This document shows, one piece after another, positions 29,102 through 40,859 of a stretch of DNA of 64,000 nucleotides. Under the pieces are notes generated by a model that was given only the letters and a program-made list of their open reading frames with translations, did no database searches and had not been told where the DNA came from. The DNA is from Octopus vulgaris (Eukaryota): positions 22,444,001 through 22,508,000 of the forward strand of contig OX597834.1 in assembly GCA_951406725.2 (NCBI GenBank), in the 5' to 3' direction. A program made the position numbers and the translations under genes. Position 1 is the first letter of the stretch; each line of letters begins with the position of its first letter.

Positions 29102-30223
29102 CAGTGGTTCTCAACCATTTTTTTCTGCCTATGAACCCTTTTGATTCTTAATCTATTCAGGTGGACCTCCCCTGCCCTAGCCATTCAATGTTTTAAAAAT
29201 CCTATTATATTTTTATGATTGAATATTATTAGGAATTGTATAAAAAAAGGCTGTTAAAATATTTTGTGCATTGTAGAAGAATAACCAATTTATTGCGAAT
29301 AAATTTTAACATGGGGGTCATGAGGAATGCAGGCCTGGGGGATAGCAGCATTGGAGTGAGGATTGGAGGAAGAAATATTAATAACCTTCGCTATGCAGAC
29401 GATACAACCCTGCTGACGGAGAGTGGTAAGGATCTGGAGGATCTTGTCCTGCTGGTCAAGAAAGAGAGTGAGAAATTTGGGCTGTACCTCAATGTTAAGA
29501 AAACAAAGATCATGTCAACAGCAGCCACAACAAACATCAGCATCAAGATCGATAATGAAGAGATCGAAGTGGTTGATGATTTTCATCTTCCTTGGCTCCA
29601 AAATAAATTGAGATGGTGACTGCACTCCAGAAATAAGACAGCGGATAGTACTAGGCAGAGAGGCAATGGTCAGTATGAGCAGGGTCTGGAAGAGTAGAGA
29701 CATCAGACTCGCTACCAAATGCAGATTGGTGAATGCAATTGTCTTCCCAATAGCAACATATGGATGCGAGTCCTGGACACTAAAGAAAGCTGACCAGAAG
29801 AGAATTAATGCATTCGAGCTTTGGTGTTGGAGAAGACTTTTACAGATTCCATGGACAGCGAGGCTCACCAATGGAGAAGTCCTTAAGCAGATCAGGCCGA
29901 ATATGTTGCTAGAAGCTAGGATCACCAAGCATAGCTTGGCATATTTTGGTCATATTATGCGGAGAAAATCCCTGGAGAAGGACATCATGCTCGGAATGGT
30001 CAGTGGCAAGAGAGGAAGAGGCCGACCAAGAACCCGCTGGCTTGACACCATCAAGAGTGATACCAGAATGGACATAGCCAATCTGAAAGAAGTGGCCCAG
30101 GATAGAACTGACTGGAGGACACTGATCCAACGAGTAACCTAGAGTCGACTTCGACTGAGCGGATAAATAGATAGATAAATTTTAACAAGAACATCTTATA
30201 TGGACACTGGTTGAGAACCATTG
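29102..30223. mobile_element. hAT-like MITE interrupted by the RTE
   Basis: TIRs cagtggttctcaa... / ...ggttgagaaccattg. Related uninterrupted copies at ~40428-40678 and ~31790-32007 (reverse). Confidence 0.65.
29312..30174 (+). mobile_element. 5'-truncated RTE-clade (BovB-like) LINE with 13-bp TSD
   Basis: GVRIGGRNINNLRYADDTTL...GLYLNVKKTKIM and VFPIATYGCESWTLKKADQKRINAFELWCWRRLLQIPWTAR...GRPRTRWLD; one frameshift near 29585; (atag)n tail; TSD ataaattttaaca at 29299-29311 and 30175-30187. Confidence 0.93.
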
Positions 30224-32763
30224 TCTTCAATAATACATCAGGCTCAAGAGAAGATGATGGAATGCTCACCACTAAAACTCTTCTGATTAAAGATTTGCTG
30301 TCAGAACTGACCTCAGGCTTAACTACGGAATCTTGGATCAATCTTCTTTTTTTTTTGTTCTTTGTTTGTTTCACTCATTTGATTGCTGCCATGTTGGAGC
30401 ACCACCTTAACCTTTTTGTTACCTTATTTATTTTGAGATGCTCTGTGTATTTTTTTTTTCAATTAATTTTAAATATAACAAAGAATTTAGTAAAATAACT
30501 TGGTTATAATTAAGCTAGTGTTAGGAACATAAATTGCAACTAAGGTTTGGTGGAAGATTCTAATTCAAAAATTATGCAAACAAGACATTTATGCTACAGA
30601 ACCAGAGGCTGTTTCAGCCAGGTTGGTATCAAAAGGGGTGAAGGGTTGTTTTTGTGCTGAAGAAACCATCCCCAGGTCTTATTCTTTGTAAGCCTAGTAC
30701 TTATCCTTTCAATCTCTTTTGCTGAACTGCGAAGCTGTGGGTATGTAAACACACCAACATTGGTTGTCAGGGGATGGTTGGGGGGGGGGACAATAACAGA
30801 CACACACACACACATAAATAAATATATGATCAACTGAACAGCCTGCTTATGAAATTAATGTGCAAGTGGCCGAGTACTCCACAGACAGGCATACTCTTCA
30901 CATAATTCTCATAGAGATTCAGTATGACACAGAATGTGATAAAGCAGGCCCTTTTGAATTACAGGTACAATCTATTTTTGCCAGGTGAGGTAACTGGAGT
31001 AACATGAAATAAAGTGTCTTGCTCAAGCACACGATGTCCTGCCAGGAGTATTTTGAAGGAGAGGATGTTAAAACTTAGGTAAATAAGTTGTTTTTTATGA
31101 AACATAACTAGTCCTGGAACTTCTTTGATACCACCTCATACATTCTTTTATTTGTTTTAGTCATTTGACTGTGGCCATGCTGCAGCACCACCTTTAGTCA
31201 AAGAAATCTTTGTAAGCCTGGTACTTATTCTATCGATCTCTTTTTCCAAACCGCTAAGTTATGGGGATGTAAACTCACCAACATTGGTTGTCAAGCGATA
31301 GGGGTGGGGACAAATACACACACACATATATATATATATATATACACAATGGGCTTCTTTCAGTTTCCATCTACCAAATCCACTCACAAAGCTTTGGTTG
31401 GCCCGAGGCTATAGCAGAAGACACTTGCCCAAGGTGTCACACAGTAGGACTGAACCTGGAACCATAGAGTTGGTAAGCAAGCTACTTACCGCACAGCCAC
31501 TTCAATTTTAGTGTTTTACAATAGAAAGGTCCTCCATTTTAAAATGATCACCTTCTATAATATAATGTAAGAGGTGACTCCACTGGTCCTGGTGCCACAT
31601 AAGAAGCACCCAACACCCTCAGTTAAGTGGTTGGCATTGGAAATCAGGAAAGGCATCCAGCCATAGAAACCATGAGAAAGTCGACATTGGAATTTGGTGC
31701 ATTCCTCTGACTCGTTGAACCCTGCAATCCATACCAGCATGGTAAACAAATATTAAATAGTGCTGGTGATGATGATAATTTGGCCCTTGGGTTGGGTGGG
31801 GTCCATAGATTTTTTTGTAAAACATTTATCAGCAATAAATTGGTTATTCTCCTACAAACCACAAAATATTTGAACAAATTTCTTTTTATACAATTTCTAA
31901 TAATATTTAATTATCAAAATATAATAGGAGTTTTTAAACATCAAAGGGCTTTGAGGGGCCAGTAGAGTGAAATAAGAATAAAAAGGGATTCATAAGCAAA
32001 ACCACTTTTACTAAACCCCTGTAAGGTTTTCCATTATTTTCTAAATGTATTGAACCTTAATTGATTGACAATTGATTAAAAATCTGATCGCAAAAGGATT
32101 GTTAATTTTCTTATTGCACTAGACCCTTGTCCCTCACTATGGTTGGGAAAAGTTCAAGGAATTATCTCTGCTAACAATGTAATCCTCGATGCTTAAAAAG
32201 ATGGGATCATCATGGCCACACACATTCAGTTGTCAGATAAATTCGTTTCCTTCCATTTATTTTAATCCTTTCCGTTTTTTTTTTTTTTTTTTTGAATTAG
32301 CAAGAAAAATATTTTTTATTGTAGTATTTTATGGGGTTTTTTTCTTTTGTAAGCTCTATTCTTCCTCTACAACTTTTGCTTATCATTTCTGAAATTTGGA
32401 TAAATTTTACCTCTTCCCAGATCTATGACAATGGAGTGTAAAGTAGAAAACAAAACAAAAAAAAAAACAAACGGATTTATCTGACAATTCAATTTAATTT
32501 ATTCATTCCAATTGTGAAGGTTTAATAATTGAATGCTGAGAATTAAAATCATCTGACAATGTATCAAAACCAATTTCATTCCAAGATTAAAACAAAAATT
32601 TATTTTAGATGAGACTTCGCTAATAAATGTGGGGAAAAAACAGCAATTTTAACTCTCAGCATTCAATTATTAAGCCTTCATAATTGGAATGAATAAATTA
32701 AATTGAATATTAAATATTTATGAGAATTTGATTTACTGTCAGTAGACTTTTGGCCAACCCTGT

Positions 32764-32807
<44 letters not shown>

Positions 32808-32833
32808 TACATATATATATATATATATATATA

Positions 32834-34429
32834 CAGTACATATAAATATAAATATTCGTACATGTCAAAATTCTCTATTTATCTAATTTCTAATGAACAT
32901 AAATGGGATATACCAATACTATATTTGCATACATATGCATAAACTAAGAATATGCAAAAGAAACTAATAAATTATAGTTACTAAGGAATTTATATACAAT
33001 TATAAATATTTAGGGGTGAAAAAAGTATTCGTACAGAACATAAATAACTGATAATTCTGATTTAATACTTTGTAGCATAACCATTATTCAGTTCCAGTTC
33101 AACCAATCTCTTCTTGTAGTTCTTAATCAATTATTCGCATGTTTCTTTAGGAATTTTTTCCCATTCTTCTTGACAAATTTTCTTCAAATCTGGAATGCAC
33201 GTTGGGGCTCTTGAATGAATTTTAATTTTCAAATAACGCCACAAATTTTCAATGGGGTTCAAGTCAGGTAACTGGCTTGGCCATTCTAATAATTTTATAT
33301 TGTGATCGACAATCCATTTTTTGGTAGACTTCGCCGTGTGCTTTACTTTTCGCCATTATTATGATACTACTTTATCCTGTTGTGAAACCCACCCTTTATA
33401 AAGCTGGAGCTTTTCTACAGAGTCCCATAAATTATTGTTCAAAATATTTTGGTACATCTCTGCATTCATTCTACCATCTATCACATGTAAATTGCCAGTA
33501 CCATTTGCAGAGAAACACCCCCACATCATGATGTGGGGGTGTTTCTTTTATGGTAGGAATTGTGTTTTTCGGCGAATAGGCAGTACCATCTTTCCTTTTG
33601 AATATGGCTACACAAATTTCTTCCAAACAATTCAATTTTCGACTCGTCTGTCCATAGAACATTTTCCTAGAATGTATCAGATTTATCTTTATGTTCATAA
33701 ACAAATTTTAAATGGGCATCTCTATGCCTTTTAGTCAACAGTGGAGTTTTTCTGGGAGAGCGTGACTTCAGTTCATTGCTGATTGTTCGTAGTGCAACAC
33801 TAGTCCCTGAAACTAACAAATCTTCTTGCAACTCCTTTCTGGTGATCATTGCATTTTTTTTCGATTCTTCACTTCATTTTTCTTAAAGATCTAGGGGAAA
33901 TCTTGCATGGTGCACTGGATCTTATTCTGTTTTCAACAGTTCCTGATTTGTTATGTCTTTGAATAAATGAAGATATGGTAGAAAATGGAATACAAAGGGT
34001 CTCTGATATTTTCCTGTAACTTTTATCTGCTTTCTACTGCTCAATAATTAAGTTTTTCACTGTATTCGTGAGTTCTTTACTTTTCGCCATTATTACGATA
34101 CTACTTAATGTTGTCTCAGTGCTGAATGAAGAAGCTAGCGTTTTGACACTTAAAAATGACAACTGATAAGATTATTGGAATAAACAAGAACGTTCTGGTA
34201 AAAAAAAAATATTTTAATAGTATTTTGTGGCATAGAAAATCATAAATTTATTCTGTACGAATACTTTTTTCACCCCTAAATATTTATGATTGTATATAAA
34301 TTCCTTAGTTACTATAATTTATTAGTTTCATTTGCATATTCTTAGTTTATGCATCCGTATGCAAATATAGTATTGGTATTAGAAATTAAATAAAGAATTT
34401 TGACATGTACGAATATTTATTTCCCCCCA

Positions 34430-34432
<3 letters not shown>
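32834..34432 (-). mobile_element. Full-length decayed Tc1-family transposon with ~200-bp IR/DR-type TIRs
   Basis: Inverted repeats ~32850-33038 and 34251-34432, each with tattcgtaca at both the inner and outer ends; inserted in a (TA)n tract. Confidence 0.9.
33062..34090 (-). pseudogene. Tc1 transposase pseudogene
   Basis: ATG at 34090: MAKSKELTNTVKNLIIEQ*KADKSYRKISETLCIPFSTI...; RSPRKTPLL; [15 protein letters not shown] motif at ~33235-33285; ends GYATKY*. Contains stops and frameshifts. Confidence 0.88.
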
Positions 34433-34480
<48 letters not shown>

Positions 34481-34680
34481 ATATTTGATGTCATATAAGA
34501 CACTCTTTATAAAAAAAAGAATATCTCAAAACATCTACACAGGCTCTATATGCCTAGTTGGTCCTCTCATTAGCTAATTTTGTCCCTGACACTCTTTTTC
34601 CTTAAAGTGTACACTGCTGAGATTGAGGTGCATCTAATATGCCTCTGCATCTTTTATACCATCAAATACTATGTATACAC

Positions 34681-34715
<35 letters not shown>

Positions 34716-34719
<4 letters not shown>

Positions 34720-35103
34720 AGTGGCTGTGTGGTAAGTAGCTTGCTAACCAACCACATGGTTCCGAGTTCAGTCCCACTGCGTGGCATCTTGGACAAGTGT
34801 CTTCTGCTATAGCCCTGGGCCAACCAATGCCTTGTGAGTGGATTTGGTAGACGGAAACTGAAAGAATCCTGTCGTATATATGTATGTGTGTGTGTTTGTG
34901 TGTCTGTGTTTGTCCCCCCAGCATTGCTTGACAACCGATGCTGATGTGTTTACGTCCCCGTCACTTAGTGGTTCGGCAAAAGAGACTGATAGAATAAGTA
35001 CTAGGCTTACAAAGCATAAGTCCCGGGGTCGATTTGCTCGACTAAAGGCGGTGCTCCAGCATGGCTGCAGTCAAATGACTGAAACAAGTAAAAGAGTAGA
35101 GAG
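34716..35103 (+). mobile_element. tRNA-derived SINE, family C
   Basis: ggagtggctgtgtggtaag (A box), gagttcagtccc (B box), central (TA/TG)n, tail aagtaaaagagt; lies just past the GPCR stop codon. Confidence 0.85.
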
Positions 35104-35140
35104 TAATATATACACACACACATACACATTATATATATAA

Positions 35141-35291
35141 TCAATGGAAATCCGATTTGTGGCAGCATTTACAGAAGGAAGACAATTTCTTCAAGTCTTT
35201 TTTCAAAATGTTTCTAAATTCTCCATCTCTTCCAGCATAAACAAATACGTTGATGGCACTGTTCATGAAAAGCAGAATGCGGACGGTGGCT
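35141..35291 (-). CDS. GPCR terminal exon encoding TM7, helix 8 and C-tail
   Basis: Acceptor ttttgtacctttcag|; phase 2 matches the TM6 exon. (R)ATVRILLFMNSAINVFVYAGRDGEFRNILKKDLKKLSSFCKCCHKSDFH*: NSxxNxxxY, helix-8 EFR, Cys cluster; TGA at 35141-35143. Confidence 0.88.
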
Positions 35292-37039
35292 CTGAAAGGT
35301 ACAAAACGTAAGACGTAAGTTTAGATATACTAATGGTAATTTTAATGGGAAAACAAATTGGCAAGAAAATTAGTAAGCAACTGAGGAGATAAACTGAAGC
35401 CCTGTAAGTGAATTTGGTGGAGAGAGGCAGAAAGGAACATTATCACCATCATTATTTAATGTCTGGCCAAACAGAAGACTGCACCAAGTTTCACCATCTG
35501 TTGTGGCAGTTTTTATAGCTGAATGCCCGTCCTAACACCAACCACCTTACACATACACACACACACATGTATATATATATATATATATATATATAACAAT
35601 TTAGGTGTAAAATTCAGGTAAGGGATATTAGATATCCAAAGAATTTATTGATTTATATTACCTACATCAATACCAATGTTATAGAAAGGAATATTTATAG
35701 ATTTAAATTCAGGAATTTACATAATTTCAGTTAGATTATTTACTTATTTATGATTAAGCTTGCTCTTATAAAGCGTTTTTGTAAAGCCTTAGCAGTTAAA
35801 AATATTTTCAATTGATATTTTTCATCAAATATTTAAGCAGGATGAAGCATCATCACATACTTAAACGGATTTGATTATTAGTGAAAAACTTCATTTTATT
35901 AATGAAGCAGAATCAGCTGTAATTTATGAAATGTATCGTTTGTTTGTATAGAATATTTAAATTGAATTGAATTTATAATTGTTCAATTCATTGTTTTGTT
36001 TTTTATTTCTCATATATATATATATATATATATACATACATACACACATATAGAAAGAGAGACAGAGAGTATGTATTTTTGCACCCTTTGTTAGCTAGTT
36101 TTTCTGTCTATAAGAGTAGGATTAGAATGAAAAGAAAGATGAGAAAATCATATATACATACATACAAAATTGGTTATAGGTTTTAACCTTTGCTTATTTA
36201 TTCATTCTATAATTAAGAGTAATTTGATTTGTTCCCGAATCCCTCATTTATGTATAGTAATGCCCTCTATATAATATATATATATAGCCACTACACACAT
36301 TTTTTTCTGTGTCCCTTTCTGTAGAAGAGCATAGACTTGAAACGTAAAAGACGTTTTCTATTCCTGAGCGTTATACTAATACATCTGTTTGTTTTGTACA
36401 CCACCTGTCTACGTCTTTTGTTCTTTTCGTAAACTCTCCTTATATATATATATATATATAATGTGCAGGAGTGGTTGTGTGGTAAGTAGCTTGCTTACCA
36501 ACCACATGGTTCCAGGTTCAGTCCCACTGCATGGCAGCTCAGGCAAGTGTCTTCTACTATAGCCTCAGGCCAACCAAAGCTTTGTAAGTGGATTTGGTTG
36601 ACCGAAACTGAAAGAGGTCCATCGTGTATATGTGTGTGTGTCCCGAACATCGCTTGACAACTATAGAAGGAAAATCAGAAAAATACAAAGTAACTAATTA
36701 ATTAGGTTTGTCAAAGAAATCGGTTTCTAAGGAAGACGTGTGTACTATGACAGAAACTAAATTCTAAAGAAAGATGCATTCAGCATCCCAGTATTAATTT
36801 AGAGGTAGTATAAATGAATTAAAAATTAACAAGGCATATGTTTAGAGAAGACAATAAGATAAATATGACAAGAAAATAGATAAATATAGTGGAAAGTATA
36901 TATATATATAGAGAGAGAGAGATAAAGAGAAAACTATATATATATAACATGTCTGTTCACTCCAGGTCAGTCCAAATCCACCAAAGAGATATAGTAACTC
37001 TGTGTGTGTGTGTGTTTTATTTAATCTATAGAAAAAAAA

Positions 37040-38125
37040 AATGAAGTTTCTCTTCTCTAGGAGCCAGGACAGTACTTGAACCCTGATACAGGTGTTCAGC
37101 ACATCCTGTGTGTGTCTTGATACCTACACCTTTACCCACCAGACTACCAGGTCCCCTCCAACAGATGTAGCCAAAATTAGATATTTAAGTCTATCATATC
37201 AATAAGAAATTAAAAAAATAGATTTAAATATCTCATTTTCGACTACATCTATTGGGGGGACCCAGTGGTCTGGTGGGTAAAGGTGTAGGTATGAAGGCAT
37301 ATGGTGTGCCGGACACCTGTATCAGGGTTCAAGTACTGTCTGGAGTCTACAAAAGATTATTATTTTTTTTTTTTTTTAAATTTGTGTGTGTGTATGTGTG
37401 TTATTTAAAAAAAAAAAAGTCTCTCTTCTCTGGGCTCCCGGACAGTACTTGAACCCTGATACAGGTGTTCAACACACCATGTGTCTACTACCTACACCTT
37501 TACCCACCAGACCACCGGGTCCCCCCCAATATATGTAGTTAAAAATGAGATACTTAAATCTATTTTATCAATTATAGAAAAATAGATTTAAATATGTCAT
37601 TTTCGACTACCTCTATTGGGGGGACCCGGTGGGTAAAGGTGTAGGTAGTAGACACATGATGTGTTGAACACCTGTACCAGGGTTCAAGTACTGTCCGGGA
37701 GCCCAGAGAAGAGATTTCTTTTTTTTTTTTTTTTTTTAAATAACACACATACACACACACAAATTAAAAAAAAAAAAAATTAATCTTTTGTAGACTCCAG
37801 ACAGTACCTGAACCCTGATACAGGTGTCCAGCACACCATATGCCTTCATACCTACACCTTTACCCACCAGACCACTGGGTCCCCCCAATAGATGTAGTCG
37901 AAAATGACATATTTAAATCTATTTTTTTTATTTCTTATTGATAAAATAGATTTAAGTATCTCATTTCCAACTACAGATGTTGGGGGGACCCAGTGGTCTG
38001 GTGGGTAAAGGTGTAGGTATGAAGGTGGGTAACGGTGTAGGTAGTAGACACATGATGTGTTGAACACCTGCATCAGGGTTCAAGTACTGTCGTAGAGAAG
38101 AGAAACTTTTTGCTTTTTTTTTTTT
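37040..38125. repeat. Nested palindrome of six alternately oriented tRNA-like units
   Basis: Units at about 37060-37153(-), 37259-37348(+), 37432-37521(-), 37623-37705(+), 37792-37881(-), 37987-38092(+). The whole block is an inverted repeat centred near 37570. More decayed copies continue to ~38610. Confidence 0.9.
37259..37348 (+). ncRNA. tRNA-like / Pol III-type unit (representative copy)
   Basis: A-box-like TGGTCTGGTGG, B-box GGTTCAAGTAC, D-stem GTCT/AGGT, anticodon stem TAGGT/ACCTG with an intron-like insert, oligo-T at ~37362. Acceptor and T stems are imperfect. Confidence 0.4.
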
Positions 38126-40859
38126 AAATTTAATCTGTAGAAAAAAAAAATTAAAAGTACTTTGGAAATTCTGGAAGAGATTGAAACCCTCTACCAAGTG
38201 TTAAATTAGTAGTAATCAACACCTCAACCCACAAGACTACCAAAGCAGTTGCAATTTGTGTGTAAATTATGAGATATTTAAACCTATTTTTATTATTGAT
38301 CTAGTGGGGGTGGGGATGGATGTGTAGGCAAAGGGATAGGTAACTTTTATTTTCTTTAATTTTTTTTTGGCGAAGCAGAAAGAAAGAACCCAAAAATCTT
38401 AGTTTACACCTAGGGCAGTGTTGAACCCTGAACATTCATTGTGTTCTTTGCTACTCACTGCCTAAATCTTTATCGACAAGACTACCAGGCATCCCCAAAA
38501 AAGGGATATTTAAGATATTTAAAGCATCACATCACTAATGATGAAAATGGATTTAATTAGCTAATTTTTCACCACAACATTGTAGCACTGAGGGTAAGGG
38601 TGCTCATGAGAAGAATTTTAATACATCGGTGAAGGGACCAAACAATGGGAAGCAGAATGGAATAATGTCATTTTTTTTTTTTGCCATGGTCTCTAGAGAA
38701 TCAAAAGATAAGTGCACACTATTATTAGGACCACCTCAGTGGTTAGGAGGATTAACTAAATATAAGAAGTCACATTTAGTTTATGTGTGTAGGTATATAT
38801 ATATATATATATATATATTGACAGACAACAATGTCTTTATTCTCAGGGACACCAAAAATAGCTACAAAACAGGATATTAAAAATCAATCACAGCATCAGA
38901 TCAATAACCAATTATGAAATATCTAGTAACAGACAGAAGAATTATTTGACAAGGAAAACAAAGACGAATCTCTTGTATGAAATATAAGCCATTGTAACCA
39001 AATAAAATCTAGGAACTCAGCATTAAACAAAGTAGATATTACATCAACCTTCCCATATAATGGAATGGTGAATATAAACCAGGTTCCAAAACCAACACAC
39101 CAGTAGAAAGGAATGGGATACTAGCTATGAACTCAAAAACAATATCAACATTGTAATCAAACTATTCTGATGCCAACCTATACGAGACAGCTTTTGGTTC
39201 CAAGAAACAGACTTCCTATTTTAGTGATTAAAATTGAAACTTTCCATCAAACTATCATGTTAATCTATGTTCCAAACATCAGATTAATAAAATTATTTCA
39301 TTAAATTCTTCATTATTTTCAAAAATTTATTGAAACAAAAGGGTTAAATAGGAGTTATTGATTTGATCCATCTCTACCTTTTACAGAATTGCAAACATTT
39401 GAGCCAGACCTCAGTTTCCTTGTCAACCAACTTGCCAGTTTAATCCTTTTCATGCCAACCGACATGAAACTGCCTCTAGTTTTAAAATGAGCTAAATTAA
39501 AACTTTATCTGCAAGATCCTTTATGTGAATTCGTATGTTGAAACAAATCTTGTTGTATTTGGAGAGAGTCGTTATGCTAAAATAATTAACACACACAAGG
39601 GAGTGGAATGGAAACCTAGACACAACTAAATAAAAACTTTTCATCAAAATTTCATGGTAATTCATGTTGCAAACACCAGATTAATTAATGATAACAAATA
39701 TACTAAATTCTTTATTTTCGAAATTCAAGTAAGAAAAGGGCCAAAGAAGCAAATTAGAAAAATGCTATAGTCATTATGAATACTGAATTCTACAGAGACA
39801 TCACATTTTCCCTACTTTAAAGGGTTTTTTTTTTTCCTTCGCAAATGTAAATAAACCCAATCTGTTTCTTAAACGAGGGACATATTCATACAGCACAGAA
39901 TCTTTTCACCCCAAATGGAGGTGAGCGATTGGTTAAAATTGCCAAAATGCTCGATTTTAAAGTGGAAATATGTTATAACATATAGAACTTTCTCAATAAA
40001 GCCAAGAAAAATTGATGTTTTATAAACACATTCTACCAGTATACAAAGTTTAAAAGTGTTTAGTTAACTAGAAATTGTGTTGACATCTGCCGTTCAAAAG
40101 GAAAAGATCCAATGTGGATAAACCAGAAAATGTTTAAGAAGGAATGTTGCTACTTAATGAACATTGAACGTTAACCCAGAAATGTAAATTTACAAGAGAA
40201 GAACAATATGTAACACCTTTAAAGAATCAACTACAACAAGTATAAACATACCATAAATTTCAGAACAACTGTTAAAGACTGAATTTCTGAGACATATAGA
40301 CACAACTTTACAGGCTTCAGTAAAACCTACTGGGAGCACTAAGTTTTAGAAGAGATGATTTGGATGTGTTAAACCACCTTTTGAAAATAAGGTAACAAAA
40401 ATGCAGAATAGAAAATTGAGTCTAACACAGTGGTTCTCTATCATATTTTGTGTATGGACTCCTTTGAGTTCTATCTTAACTCGGGATATGGGACTCTAAT
40501 TCATGTCTAAAATCTATTATATTTTTATGATTGAATATTGTTAGGAATTGTATTTAAAAAAATGTTTGAATATTTTGAGTATTGTAGAAATGTGACTAGT
40601 TTATTGCACATAAATTTTGACAACAAAATCTTCTATGGAACTCCAAGGACCATATGGATCCTAGTTGAGGATCACTAGTTAAGCAGATGGTCAAGGGGTT
40701 GTCAAACTGGTGGACAAGGGGTCACCGTCAAACAGATGTTGAAAGGGTTTTAGTGAAAGAGGGGACATATTCAAGCTGGCAAGAGGGGCCATGGTCAAGC
40801 TAATAGGCAAGGGGTCATAAGCAAAAAATCATAGTCAAGCAATCAGTTAAAATAATGTA

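Noticed and set aside
37060-38092. Calling the palindrome units functional tRNA genes
   Set aside because: Acceptor and T stems are mispaired and positions 32/33 are non-canonical; reported as tRNA-like only.
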